Positions 22,527 to 33,516 of a stretch of DNA of 64,000 nt are shown here, piece by piece. Made by a program: the position numbers and the translations under genes. The notes under the pieces are model-generated. The model was not told the origin of the DNA and made no database searches. It was given only the letters and a program-made list of their open reading frames with translations. The stretch's first letter is position 1, and every line of letters begins with the position of its first letter. Source of the stretch: an uncultured Acidobacteriota bacterium (GTDB lineage: Bacteria > Acidobacteriota > Vicinamibacteria > Vicinamibacterales > CAVVIG01); the NCBI GenBank assembly GCA_963750035.1, contig CAVVPE010000003.1:308600-372599 (forward strand), written 5' to 3'.

Positions 22527-23289
22527 ATGTTGACTGCTGCCCTGACAGGCGGAATCGCGACGGGAAAGAGTCACGTCCTCGAGCGCTTTCGCCGTCTACG
22601 GTGCCGCCTGTCTCGATGCAGATGAACTGGCGCACGGCGTGACCGGTGCCGGAACAGAAGCGACGCAGGCGATCGCCGCCAGGTTTGGAGCCGCGATGCT
22701 CGACGCGACCGGCGCCGTCGATCGCAAGAAACTCGGGCCGCTGGTGTTCGCCGACCCGGCGGCGCGCAGGGATCTCGAGGCGATCGTGCACCCGGCGGTC
22801 TACCGTGCGATCACCGCAGGCCTGCGGGCGTTCGAACTGACCGGCTCGGCAATCGCGATCGTCGATATCCCGCTGTTGTACGAAACGGCAGGGCAGGAGC
22901 GCTTCGATCGCGTCATTGCCACCGTCTGCGCGCCGGCGACGCAGCTGGCGCGGCTGTTGGAACGAGGGCTGTCGGAGTCGGACGCACGCCAGCGGTTGGC
23001 GGCGCAGATACCGGCCGAGGAAAAAGCGGCCAGGGCCGATTTCGTGATCAGGACCGATGGCACGTTTCCGGAAACCGACGCCCAGGTTGAAGCGATCTGG
23101 TCTCAGCTCAAGTCCGAGGAGGGCGATGAAGAATGCGGCTTTCGTCATGGGTGTCGACTTGCGACGATGATCCCGGCCGGCGCGCGGGCGCAGGGCGGCG
23201 CCAATCCGATCAGGCACTACGGCAACCTGGTGACCTACTTCCGATCCGCGGGATCGTGCCACCGTCCTCGCAGCCGCAATAATCTTTAG
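22527..23289 (+). CDS. coaE: dephospho-CoA kinase, frameshift near 22600, C-terminus beyond about 23130 doubtful
   Basis: MLTAALTGGIATGKSHV (P-loop), LDADELAH, IVHPAVY, AIVDIPLLYE, ADFVIRTDGTFPETDAQVEAIW. Confidence 0.8.
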
Positions 23290-23306
23290 CTGCCGTGATT
23301 ACCTAA

Positions 23307-23326
23307 CCAAAGGACACCAAAGGACA
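23307..23326. repeat. CCAAAGGACA x2 tandem repeat between convergent coaE and lapB
   Basis: Direct reading of the sequence. Confidence 0.7.
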
Positions 23327-23409
23327 CAGAAGGGTACTGGATACGAGTGACTGACCATCAGCGTGGTCATGGCGGCGGATATCGCGACTTCCTCACGACG
23401 CGCCTCGAC

Positions 23410-24629
23410 CTAGGCCTCGACCTCAGTCGGATCATTCGCTGGAGCGATGCGTTCCTCGACGAAGGTGTTCCAGTCGTGGCAGTGCGGGCACTGCCACAGC
23501 AGCTCGGTGCTCCGATACCGGCAACGCATGCAGATGTGGGGATCCAGGTAGAACACCGCGTGTTCGGTGAGGTCGCGGTAGCGATTCACCAGGCTTGAAG
23601 GATGCTGCAGCTGGCCGAGCGCGCGCCAGATCGCCTGGTGGATGCTGAGGGCGTGCGGATTCTGCACCAGCGCAGCGAAGAGCAGGTCGAGTGCCTCGTG
23701 GGGCTGGCCGGCCGCGGCCAGGTGCTTCGAGAGGGCCAGCCGCGCGCGCCAGTCCTGAGGGTTTTCATCAATCAGACGCCGGCAGAGCCGCGTGAAACGT
23801 TCGGGGACACCGGTCCGGTGGGCAAGGCTCTCGAGCCGGTCGAACGCCAGGTAGGCGCGGTCGGGCGCCACCTGGACGAGCTTGTCCCAGATCGCCGCCG
23901 CCTCCTTCTCGTTCCCTTCCGCGACCCGTACATCACCCAGGTTCAAGTAGGCAGGCACGGCGCGCGCGTCGAGGTCGATCGCGGCATTGAACCGTCGCGT
24001 GGCCTCGGCGAAGTCTTTGCGGCGCATCGCCTCGACGCCGATCTCGTTCTCCAGGAACGCGAGAATCGCCTGGTTCTGCGGCCGCGCGTCGCCCGTGGAC
24101 AACGACGACAGCCGCTGCCGAGTGTCGTAGGCCTCGATCCACTGGTGCTGTTCCTCGTGCAGTTTCTGGAGGTTGATGAGCGCGTATTCGTTGCGCGGAT
24201 CCAGCCGCAGCACTTCGTTGAACGCCTCGAGCGCGCGGTCGACGAAGCCGCCCCGCTTGTAGTCGAGTCCAAGGCACAGCAGGACGTACGCGTGCTCCAT
24301 GCGCGTCAGCCGCGAACGCTGCAGCAGGCCCTGGTGAACCGTGATGGCCTTGCCAACCTGGCCCTTCTCGCGGTGCAGGTTCCCGAGGATCATGTGGACT
24401 TCGAGCGCGTCGGCGTCGAGGCTCGCGGCGTGGGTCAGCTCTTCGATGGCGAGATCGATTTGATTCGCGACGAGGAAGTTCAGGCCGAGGATGTAGTGCG
24501 GTGCTTCGCGGGCGCGCCGCCGGTCGATCCACTTTCCGCCGCGCAGCTTGTACCGCTCCCACGCCTTGCCGATCGCCAGGCCGGCGAGCAGTGCCAGGAG
24601 CGCGGTGAGCAGCAGCCCGTAGTCGTCCA
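23410..24629 (-). CDS. lapB: LPS assembly regulator LapB/YciM (TM, TPR repeats, C-terminal rubredoxin-type zinc finger)
   Basis: MDDYGLLLTALLALLAGLAIGKAW, TPR repeats, C-terminal CMRCRY...WQCPHCHDWNTF. Confidence 0.85.
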
Positions 24630-24631
24630 TG

Positions 24632-25180
24632 CTATTTGCGCGACGCGCCGCCGGCCGGCTCGTGCTCGTAAGACGAGACGACCGCGTCCCAGATCCCGTG
24701 GGCGCGCAGCACGAGCTCGACGAGCTCGCGCACCGCGCCATCACCGCCGTTGAAGCGGCTGACCCAGTCGACGCGCGATCGCACGTCGGGCACGGCATCG
24801 GCCGGTGCGCAGGAAAAGCCGACGCGCGCCAGCACCGCCAGATCGACGACGTCGTCGGCCATATACGCGACGTCCTGATCGGACAGATGTTCGGCGTCGA
24901 GGATCCGCTCGTACGCCTCGATCTTGTTCGACACCCCCTGGTGGACGAGGGCGATCCCCAGCTGCGCCGCGCGGTGCTGCGTGGTAGCGGAGTAGCGGGC
25001 CGACAGCAAGCCCACCTTGATTTTGTTCCGCTGTGCCCAGACCAGGGCAATGCCGTCGCGAATGGCGAACGACTTGCTCTCGGTGCCGTCCGAGTGCACG
25101 ATCACCCGCCCGTCGGTCAGCACACCATCGACGTCCAACAGGATCAGGCGGGTTGCGGCGGCTTTCGACTGTAGAGACAT
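24632..25180 (-). CDS. kdsC: KDO 8-phosphate phosphatase (HAD family)
   Basis: Start MSLQSK at 25180. LILLDVDGVLTDG, GLLSAR, YMADDVVDLAVLARVGFSCAPADA. Confidence 0.85.
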   Translation of the reverse strand: MSLQSKAAATRLILLDVDGVLTDGRVIVHSDGTESKSFAIRDGIALVWAQRNKIKVGLLSARYSATTQHRAAQLGIALVHQGVSNKIEAYERILDAEHLSDQDVAYMADDVVDLAVLARVGFSCAPADAVPDVRSRVDWVSRFNGGDGAVRELVELVLRAHGIWDAVVSSYEHEPAGGASRK

Positions 25181-25216
25181 GGTCGTTCGTCGTTCGACGT
25201 TCGTGGTCGTTCGCCG
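25181..25216. repeat. single-arm CGNCGTT heptamer tandem repeat between kdsD and kdsC
   Basis: ggtcgtt cgtcgtt cgacgtt cgtggtcgtt cgcc. Same word family as the 47025-47118 hairpin. Confidence 0.8.
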
Positions 25217-25217
25217 T

Positions 25218-26222
25218 CTAGACGAGCCCCGTCCGCCAGAGCTCGTGCAGGTGCACCACGCCCGCAACGCGCCGCGAGCCGCTCTCGACCACGACGATCG
25301 AGGTGATCTTGCGCTGCTCCATGATGTTCAGGGCCTCGGCGGCAAGAGTCCCCGGCGGAATCGACACCGCGCCGCGCGTCATCACGTCTGCCGCCTTCAA
25401 CGACAGGATATCGCGGTCGGTGGACATGTGCCGGCGCAGGTCGCCGTCCGTGATGACCCCGAGCAGGCGATGTTCGTCGTCGACCACGCAGGTCATGCCG
25501 AGCTTCTTGCTCGACATCTCGTAGATCACGTCAGGCATCGGCGTGGCGGCGCCCACGGCCGGGCAGTGCTTGTCGGCCTGCATCAGGCTCTCGACCCGCA
25601 TCAGCTTCTTGCCGAGCTTTCCACCCGGGTGCAGGTTGGCGAAGTCTTCCTCGTGAAATCCCTTTTGCACCAGGAGGGTCATGGCCAGCGCATCACCCAG
25701 GGCGAGCGCGGCCGTCGTGCTCGCGGTCGGAACCAGGTTCATCGGGCACGCTTCCTCTGTCACGCTGCAGTCGAGCGCGACGTCAGCGGCTTCCGCCAGC
25801 GTCGAGCGGGGGGCCCCGGTGATGGCGATCAGCCTGGCCCCAAGGCGGCGGATCGTTTCGAGCAGCCTGAGAATCTCGTCGGTCTCGCCGCTGTAGGACA
25901 GCGCGACGACGACGTCGTCGCCCTGGATAACCCCGAGATCGCCGTGAATCGCCTCCGCCGGGTGCAGAAACATTGCCGCCGTACCGGTGCTGGTCAGCGT
26001 CGCCGCAATCTTGCGGCTGATGATTCCGGACTTGCCCATTCCGGTCAGGATGACCCGGCCCTTGCAACCGTGAAGAAGCTCGATGGCCCGGTCGAACTGG
26101 TGATCGAGGCGCGGCACGAGCGCGAGAATCGCCGCCGCTTCCGTTTCGAGCACCTTCCGGGCCAATAGGCGTTCACCCACGAGCCACTCCCGGCACGTCG
26201 AGCCGCTGCTGGCGGGCGGCAT
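25218..26222 (-). CDS. kdsD: arabinose-5-phosphate isomerase (SIS domain plus two CBS domains)
   Basis: Intact ORF. GRVILTGMGKSGIISRKIAATLTSTGTAAMFLHPAEAIHGDLG, with CBS pairs at the C-terminus. The true start may be internal because it overlaps kdsA by 50 nt. Confidence 0.9.
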   Translation of the reverse strand: MPPASSGSTCREWLVGERLLARKVLETEAAAILALVPRLDHQFDRAIELLHGCKGRVILTGMGKSGIISRKIAATLTSTGTAAMFLHPAEAIHGDLGVIQGDDVVVALSYSGETDEILRLLETIRRLGARLIAITGAPRSTLAEAADVALDCSVTEEACPMNLVPTASTTAALALGDALAMTLLVQKGFHEEDFANLHPGGKLGKKLMRVESLMQADKHCPAVGAATPMPDVIYEMSSKKLGMTCVVDDEHRLLGVITDGDLRRHMSTDRDILSLKAADVMTRGAVSIPPGTLAAEALNIMEQRKITSIVVVESGSRRVAGVVHLHELWRTGLV

Positions 26223-27051
26223 CGGCCCGCTTCACGATGGCGTCCAGAGCCATCAAGCGGGTCAGCAACGGTTCGAGCAGGTCGAGGCGAAGCGCATTCT
26301 GGGCGTCGCTCCGGGCGCGGGACGGATCGTCATGGACTTCCATGAACACGCCGTCGACGCCGGCGGCGACGCCGGCTGATGCCAGCGGCTCGATGTATTG
26401 CGCGAGGCCTGCCGTCACCCCGTCGCCGGCGCCGGGCAGCTGGAGGCTGTGTGTGACGTCGAAGATCACCGGTGTGCCCCCCTCGCGGATCATCGGGAAC
26501 GCACGCATGTCGACGACGAGATTGTGGTAGCCGAAGCTCGTACCGCGTTCGGTGACGACGACGAGCGAGTTGCCAGCGTCCTTCACCTTGGCGACCGCGT
26601 GACGGACATCGTCCGGCGCGAGGAACTGACCTTTCTTGATGTTCACGATCCGGCCGGTCTTCGCGGCCGCAACCAGCAGATCGGTCTGCCGGCACAGGAA
26701 GGCCGGAATCTGAAGGATGTCGGCGACGTCAGCGGCTGGGGCGGCGTGCGAGACCTCGTGAATGTCGGTCAGGATCGGGACGCCAATCCGATCCTTGATC
26801 GCCGCGAGCACGCGCAGGCCTTCGTTGAGGCCGGGACCGCGAAACGAGCGGCCCGAGGTGCGGTTCGCCTTGTCGTAGGACGCCTTGAACACGAAGGGCG
26901 TCGACAGTCTCGCGGTGATGTCGCGCAGCCGTGTCGCGAGTTCGAGGGCGTGCGCGTCGCTCTCGATGACACACGGCCCGGCGACCAGGACGAATGGGCT
27001 GCCGCCGCCGAAGGTCAGACCGCCAAGCTGAACGGGGGGCACGCTGCTCAT
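26173..27051 (-). CDS. kdsA: 3-deoxy-8-phosphooctulonate (KDO-8-P) synthase
   Basis: Start MSSVPP at 27051. FVLVAGPCVIES, FKASYDKANRTS, QIPAFLCRQTDL, NIKKGQF, ERGTSFGY, FDVTHSLQ. Confidence 0.95.
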   Translation of the reverse strand: MSSVPPVQLGGLTFGGGSPFVLVAGPCVIESDAHALELATRLRDITARLSTPFVFKASYDKANRTSGRSFRGPGLNEGLRVLAAIKDRIGVPILTDIHEVSHAAPAADVADILQIPAFLCRQTDLLVAAAKTGRIVNIKKGQFLAPDDVRHAVAKVKDAGNSLVVVTERGTSFGYHNLVVDMRAFPMIREGGTPVIFDVTHSLQLPGAGDGVTAGLAQYIEPLASAGVAAGVDGVFMEVHDDPSRARSDAQNALRLDLLEPLLTRLMALDAIVKRADAARQQRLDVPGVARG

Positions 27052-27055
27052 TATA

Positions 27056-27136
27056 GGAGGAGGGGCCGGACGGGCAGGAGGGGCGGGAATGGCAGGAAGG
27101 GGAGAGCACGCAGCCCCACCCGCCCTTCCTGCCCTG
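27056..27136. repeat. tandem-word hairpin (GGGCAGGNA words) between pyrG and kdsA
   Basis: Left arm gggcaggaggggcgggaatggcaggaagggg. Right arm ccccacccgcccttcctgccc. Same word family as 54651-54710. Confidence 0.8.
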
Positions 27137-27139
27137 AAG

Positions 27140-28789
<1,650 letters not shown>

Positions 28790-29590
28790 TCAGCTCGACG
28801 TCGTAGTCGCAAACAGGCGCCGCACCTGTTCCAGGTCCTCGGGCGTATCCACGCCAATGGAGTCGTAAGCCGTCTCGACGGCCTTGATCCGGATGCCGTG
28901 CTCGAGCGCGCGCAGCTGCTCGAGCGACTCGGCCCGCTCGAGCGGAGTCGGCTCGAGCGACGCGAGCACCAGCAGGACGCTGCGCCGATAGGCGTACAGG
29001 CCGATATGTTTATAGAGCGGCGGCCATCCGCCGCGCGGGTCGCGCGTGTGGGGGATGGGCGCCCGTGAGAAATACAGTGCAAATCCGCCCCGATCCAGCA
29101 CGACCTTCACGACATTCGGATTGGCCAGCTCGGACGGCTTGGTGATCCGCCGGTACAGCGTCGTCATCGGGATCGACGGATCGCTGAACGGCTGCACCGC
29201 TTCGGTGATCGCGCGCGGGTCGATGAGGGGCTCGTCGCCCTGCACGTTGACGACGACATCGCAGTCGAGCGACGTGACGACTTCGGCGAGGCGGTCCGTG
29301 CCGGTTTCATGCGCGCGTGTCAGACGCACGTTGCCGCCGAACCCGGTCACGGTCGTCGCGATCCGCAGGTCGTCGGTGGCGACGATGACCTTCGAGATCG
29401 AGCTCGACGCTGCGGCGCGCCGGTAGACGTGCTCGATCATCGGACGGCCGTCGATCTGTTCGAGCGCTTTTCCGGGAAATCTGGTCGACGCGTACCGTGC
29501 GGGGATGATGGCGACGACTTGAAGCGGAGGAGGTGTGATGGAATCGACCGGGAATCCAGCCGACGCAGGGTGCACGACGAATAATAGCAC
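28790..29590 (-). CDS. kdsB: 3-deoxy-manno-octulosonate cytidylyltransferase (CMP-KDO synthetase)
   Basis: Intact [45 protein letters not shown]. Confidence 0.9.
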   Translation of the reverse strand: MLLFVVHPASAGFPVDSITPPPLQVVAIIPARYASTRFPGKALEQIDGRPMIEHVYRRAAASSSISKVIVATDDLRIATTVTGFGGNVRLTRAHETGTDRLAEVVTSLDCDVVVNVQGDEPLIDPRAITEAVQPFSDPSIPMTTLYRRITKPSELANPNVVKVVLDRGGFALYFSRAPIPHTRDPRGGWPPLYKHIGLYAYRRSVLLVLASLEPTPLERAESLEQLRALEHGIRIKAVETAYDSIGVDTPEDLEQVRRLFATTTSS

Positions 29591-29629
29591 ACCGCTTGCG
29601 CCCGCGTGCTACGATTCCGCCAGACTCCG

Positions 29630-30136
29630 ATGAACATCAAGCGGATCGCGACGCTGTCGACGGCGGGCGCCGTGCTCGCAGCGATGATCGCCGGCGCGAC
29701 GACGTCGGGTGTCCGGCGCGCGGCGCCAGTTGCGATCGCGCCGAACACCACCGCCATGGAGCTGCAGGGTGCCGAACTGGCCGTGGAGGTCGCGCGCCTT
29801 CGCGCCCGCCTCCGGCCGACCGACCAGCCGCAGGAACCCGCGCGCAATCTCTTTCAGTTCAATGCGCGCACCGCGCGTTCGTCGGCGCCGCCACCCCTCA
29901 CCGAGAGCGCGGTTCCCGTCGCCGCCGTGCCGCCCCCGCCGCCGTTGTCGCTCATCGGATTCGCCGCTGAGGGAGCCACCCGCACGGCTATCGTTTCCGG
30001 CTTCGGCGATCTCTTCCTGGTCAGGGAAGGCGATCAGATTGGCGCGCAGTACCGTGTGGCCCGCATCGATGCCGACGGCGTCGTCGTGACGAATACCTCG
30101 GACGAAACGACCTTCACCATCCGCCTTCAGCAGTAA
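29630..30136 (+). CDS. hypothetical membrane-anchored protein
   Basis: MNIKRIATLSTAGAVLAAMIAG anchor, a Pro-rich linker, and a beta-rich C-terminus LIGFAAEG..RTAIVSGFGDLFLVREGDQIGAQYRVARIDADGVVV. It is reminiscent of PilP/GspC-type domains, but I cannot confirm that. Confidence 0.4.
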   Translation: MNIKRIATLSTAGAVLAAMIAGATTSGVRRAAPVAIAPNTTAMELQGAELAVEVARLRARLRPTDQPQEPARNLFQFNARTARSSAPPPLTESAVPVAAVPPPPPLSLIGFAAEGATRTAIVSGFGDLFLVREGDQIGAQYRVARIDADGVVVTNTSDETTFTIRLQQ

Positions 30137-30141
30137 AAAGA

Positions 30142-30221
30142 TTGTAATTAGGAATTAGGGATTAGGAATTTGGAATTCGGACCCGCATTCCTAATTCCAA
30201 ATTCCAAATTCCTAATTACAA
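30142..30221. repeat. AT-rich tandem-word hairpin, GGAATTA/GGAATTT family
   Basis: Left arm ttgtaattaggaattagggattaggaatttggaat. Right arm ttcctaattccaaattccaaattcctaattacaa. Loop about 11 nt. Confidence 0.9.
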
Positions 30222-30228
30222 AAACTCA

Positions 30229-31137
30229 GTGATCACCCTCATCATCAACCCGATCTCCGGCAACGCGCACTGGGGCGAGATTGCCGACCGCGTGGATGTT
30301 GCCCGGACAGCGTTAGCTGGCAGCGGCGAAGAGTCGCGCGTCGTCGTCTCGGAACGGCGTGGACATGTGCGCGAGCTGGCCATGGCAGCCGCGCATTCCG
30401 GCTCGAGGCTGGTGATGGTCTGGGGTGGGGATGGCTCGATGAACGAGGCCGGGGCGGCGCTCCTCGGGACCGATGTGCCGCTGGGTGTGATTCCGGCCGG
30501 CTCGGGTAACGGTCTCGCCCGCGAGCTCGGCATTCCGATGCAGCCTGCCGCTGCAATCGCGGCGGCGTTGAAAGGCAGGCCGCGCGTGATCGACGGCGGA
30601 GAATTGGGCGGCCGCCCATTCTTCAATATCGCGGGCGTCGGCTTTGATGCTCACATCGCGGCATGCTTCGATCGCGCACCACGCCGTGGCCTGGCCACCT
30701 ACGTGCGGGTGTCAGCGCGGGAGCTGCTGACCTATCGATCGATGAACTATCGGATCGATTGCAGCGAGGCTGCCGGCGGCATTTCAGGCGATGCTCAAAG
30801 CGTCGCCCTTCCGCACCGCCGCGCCCTCCTCGTGACGATCGCCAACTCCCCGCAGTTCGGCAACGGCGCCCGAATCACACCGTTCGCGCGCGTTGACGAC
30901 GGGCGGCTCGACCTGGTCGTCTACGAGGAGGTCTCCCGCTTTTCGACAATCTGCGCGCTGCCGAAACTCTTTACCGGAGGCATCGAGCGGGTGCGTGGTT
31001 TCACGACACGGCAGATAGAGCGGGCACGGATCGAGAGCGATGTGCCGATGACCTTTCACGTCGACGGCGAACCGGTCGAGGGCGGCACGGCGCTCGAGGT
31101 CAGAGTCCTGCCTAAAGCCTTGAGGGTGATCGCGTAA
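30229..31137 (+). CDS. diacylglycerol/lipid kinase family protein (YegS-like)
   Basis: Intact 302 aa. VMVWGGDGSMNEA, LGVIPAGSGNGLAREL, and the DAGK catalytic domain pattern. Confidence 0.85.
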   Translation: MITLIINPISGNAHWGEIADRVDVARTALAGSGEESRVVVSERRGHVRELAMAAAHSGSRLVMVWGGDGSMNEAGAALLGTDVPLGVIPAGSGNGLARELGIPMQPAAAIAAALKGRPRVIDGGELGGRPFFNIAGVGFDAHIAACFDRAPRRGLATYVRVSARELLTYRSMNYRIDCSEAAGGISGDAQSVALPHRRALLVTIANSPQFGNGARITPFARVDDGRLDLVVYEEVSRFSTICALPKLFTGGIERVRGFTTRQIERARIESDVPMTFHVDGEPVEGGTALEVRVLPKALRVIA

Positions 31138-31222
31138 TTTGGAATTAGGAATTAGGAATTTGGAATGCGTGTTGGAATTGGCGCGCGAATTCCAAATTCC
31201 TCATTCCAAATTCCTAATTTCA
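31135..31222. repeat. AT-rich tandem-word hairpin, GGAATTA/GGAATTT family, between convergent genes
   Basis: Left arm taatttggaattaggaattaggaatttggaatg. Right arm cgaattccaaattcctcattccaaattcctaatttca. Confidence 0.9.
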
Positions 31223-31231
31223 TGATCTCTG

Positions 31232-32837
31232 CTACCCGCCCAGCCGCACGACCCATGCGGCGCGAATGGCGGGAACGCGGCGGATTGCTTCGACGGCGGC
31301 GTCGAGCGCGTCCGGAGCGCTCGCGACGTCGTCGACGCCAACGATACCGACCGCGCCGGTATCGTTTCGGCCCAGCGCGAAGCTCGCGATATTGACGTGG
31401 TGGCGGCCGAGAATCGTCCCCACCTCGCCGATGACGCCCGGTTGATCCTGGTTCGAGATCACGAGCAGCGTGCCGCCGGCCAGCGGCGCCTCGACGCTGA
31501 TGCCGTCGATCGACACCAGGCGGGGGCTGTTTGGCTCGAAGACAGTCCCCTCGGCCCAGCGCTCGCCGTCGATTCGTGTGCAGCTTGATCGAGACGAGGC
31601 TGGTGAAATCGCGCGTCCGGGTGCTGCGCGACTCGATGATCTCGATGCCGCGTTCGCGGGCAACCGCCCGGGCGTTGACCATTGAGACGCCGCCCGAGAG
31701 AATCGGCCTGAGCACACCCGCCGCCGCGCTCGCCGCCAGCACCTCGGCGGCGCGGCCCTCGGCCAGCGCGCCGTAGTAGCGGAGGCCGATCGCCTCGATT
31801 CGCGCCGGGCCCAGCTGCGTCACCAGCGTCGCCAGATGATCGGCGAGCCGGATCCACGGCTGCAGCCGCTGCAGTTCATCGGGGTGCACCGACGGGAAGT
31901 TGACCGCGTTCCTCACCACACCGTCGCGCAGGAAATCGCGGACTGCCGCGGCCGTGTCCAGCCCGACGAGCTCCTGGGCTTCCTCGGTGGAAGCGGCGAT
32001 GTGCGGCGTGGCGACGACCTGCGGCATTTTGGCAAGCGCCCAATCCGCCGGCGGTTCCTTCTCGAAGACATCCAGCGCCGCCGCCGCGACGATGCCGCTT
32101 TCGAGGGCAGCTTGCAATGCCGCTTCGTCAATCAGCTCCCCGCGCGCCGTGTTGATGATGCGCACGCCAGGTTTCATGCGCGCAAAACGCTCGGCGTTCA
32201 GGAGATGGTGCGTCTCGGTCGTCGAGGGGAGATGAAGCGTCAGGAAGTCGGCGGCGGCGCACACCTCGTCGAGCGAGAGCAGCTCGACGCCCATGCCCTC
32301 GGCGATCTCACGGGAGATGAAGGGATCGTGGGCGACGACGCGCATCCCGAACGCGCGGGCACGCTGCGCCACCTCCTGGCCGATCCGTCCAAGGCCCGCG
32401 ATGCCAAGCGTCTTGCCGCGGAGCTCGGTGCCGAGAAAGCGCTTCTTCTCCCACTTGCCATCCTTCATGGCCCGATCGGCCGCGGGCACGCTGCGGGCGA
32501 GCGCCAGCATCAGGGCGCAGGCGTGCTCGGCGACGCTGATGCTGTTCGCGCCCGGCGCGTTGACGACGAGAATGCCGCGCGCGCTGGCGGCGGCCACGTC
32601 GACGTTGTCGACGCCGGTGCCGGCGCGGGCGACGATCCGAAGCTTCGGCGCCGCGGCCAGCAGCTCGGCGGTGACCTTCGTCGCGCTGCGGACGAGCAGC
32701 GCATCGGCATCCGCCAGCGCGGCCGCGAGTTCCGCCGCCGGGCGGCCGCTCCTGGCGTCGACCTGCCAACCGGGCTCGGAGCGGAGCAGCTCGAGCGCCG
32801 AGGCTGGCAGGTCGTCGGAGACGACTACTTTGATCAA
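31232..32837 (-). CDS. serA: D-3-phosphoglycerate dehydrogenase with ACT domain, one apparent frameshift near 31560
   Basis: TTG start, IKVVVSDDL. GIAGLGRIGQEVAQRA, NTARGELID, ATPHIAAST. ACT domain LLVISNQDQPGVIGEVGTILGRHHVNI in a second frame. Confidence 0.9.
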
Positions 32838-32839
32838 GC

Positions 32840-33275
32840 TTAGTGCGACTTGGTGGTCTTTGGGCCGAGGCTGCGAACGTAGTTCACTAGATTCCATATG
32901 TCGTTGGCCGGGATCCGGCTGCCGTAGCCGCGCATGCCCGTCTGCTTGGAGCCGTCGCGGATGACGGTGAAGATTTCACCGTCGGTCTGGCCGTGCTTCC
33001 AGTCGGCGTCGGTCAGGTCTGACGGCGTCGGCTTCAGGAGCGCGCCGGCCTTGCCGTCGCCTTTCCCGGTCGCCCCATGGCACGACGCGCACTGAGAATC
33101 GTACAGTTTCTTGCCGGCGGCGATCGACGCTGGCGATGCGGCGACCGGGTTCTTCATCTTGGCCGCGTCAGGATGCTTATGCTGCTGCTGCGCGGCGGCC
33201 GCGAACGTGCACGAGGCTGAGGGAGAGAGCCGCCACGGCTGACGCGAACCACACGGTGCGAAACACAACGCGCAT
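32840..33275 (-). CDS. monohaem c-type cytochrome, frameshift within the signal peptide
   Basis: MRVVFRTVWFASAVAALSL.. then ..GKKLYDSQCASCHGATGKGDG (CXXCH) ...MRGYG (distal Met region). Confidence 0.75.
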
Positions 33276-33315
33276 CAAACAGACCCTCCTTATCAATCGC
33301 AAGCGCTCCCTACAG

Positions 33316-33321
33316 TATAAT
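33316..33321 (+). promoter_or_regulatory. TATAAT box about 195 nt upstream of icd
   Basis: cctacagTATAATccgtagg. The box sits in the loop of a 5-bp inverted repeat, CCTAC/GTAGG. Confidence 0.3.
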
Positions 33322-33432
33322 CCGTAGGTTTTGTCGTCCAGGAATGCGGCTGCTTTTCAGAGTCGCCCTGCGGTGGTGCAAACCGCTAAAACATTCGCAA
33401 TGCCGCGTCACAACGGAGTAAACCGTCGCGTC

Positions 33433-33464
33433 TTTTCCACAGAGTTTTCCACAGTTCCTGTGGA
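33433..33464 (+). promoter_or_regulatory. TTTTCCACAG x2 direct repeat plus TCCACAG-ttc-CTGTGGA palindrome in the icd leader
   Basis: Direct reading: 33433-33442 and 33445-33454 are identical 10-mers. There is a perfect 7+3+7 palindrome at 33448-33464. Confidence 0.35.
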
Positions 33465-33516
33465 GAAGGCCGGAGACGCTCAGGGAACCTGACCTAATCA
33501 ATCACGCCTAAGAACA

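Noticed and set aside
27049-27055. TATAAT on the minus strand at the kdsA start
   Set aside because: The hexamer overlaps the ATG itself (TATAATG), so it cannot be the -10 element for kdsA. It is treated as coincidental.
30142-31222. CRISPR array hypothesis for the tandem short repeats (also 34853-34915 and 50611-50702)
   Set aside because: The repeat units are 7-14 nt and contiguous, with no unique spacers. Each array is only 30-50 nt long and is mirrored by its reverse complement. No cas genes are present.
30142-31222. MITE or insertion-sequence hypothesis for the two GGAATT hairpins flanking the lipid kinase gene
   Set aside because: Each hairpin is self-contained, with its arms 10-20 nt apart. 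I see no target-site duplications and no transposase. The gene between them is an ordinary intact DAG-kinase-family gene. The flanking position is more simply explained by one element per intergenic spacer.
31152-31231. C-terminal extension of the serA ORF across the GGAATT hairpin (..MKLGIWNEEFGIRAPIPTRIPNS)
   Set aside because: This is translation of the repeat element in a shifted frame. The ACT-domain frame of serA ends at 31232, before the hairpin.
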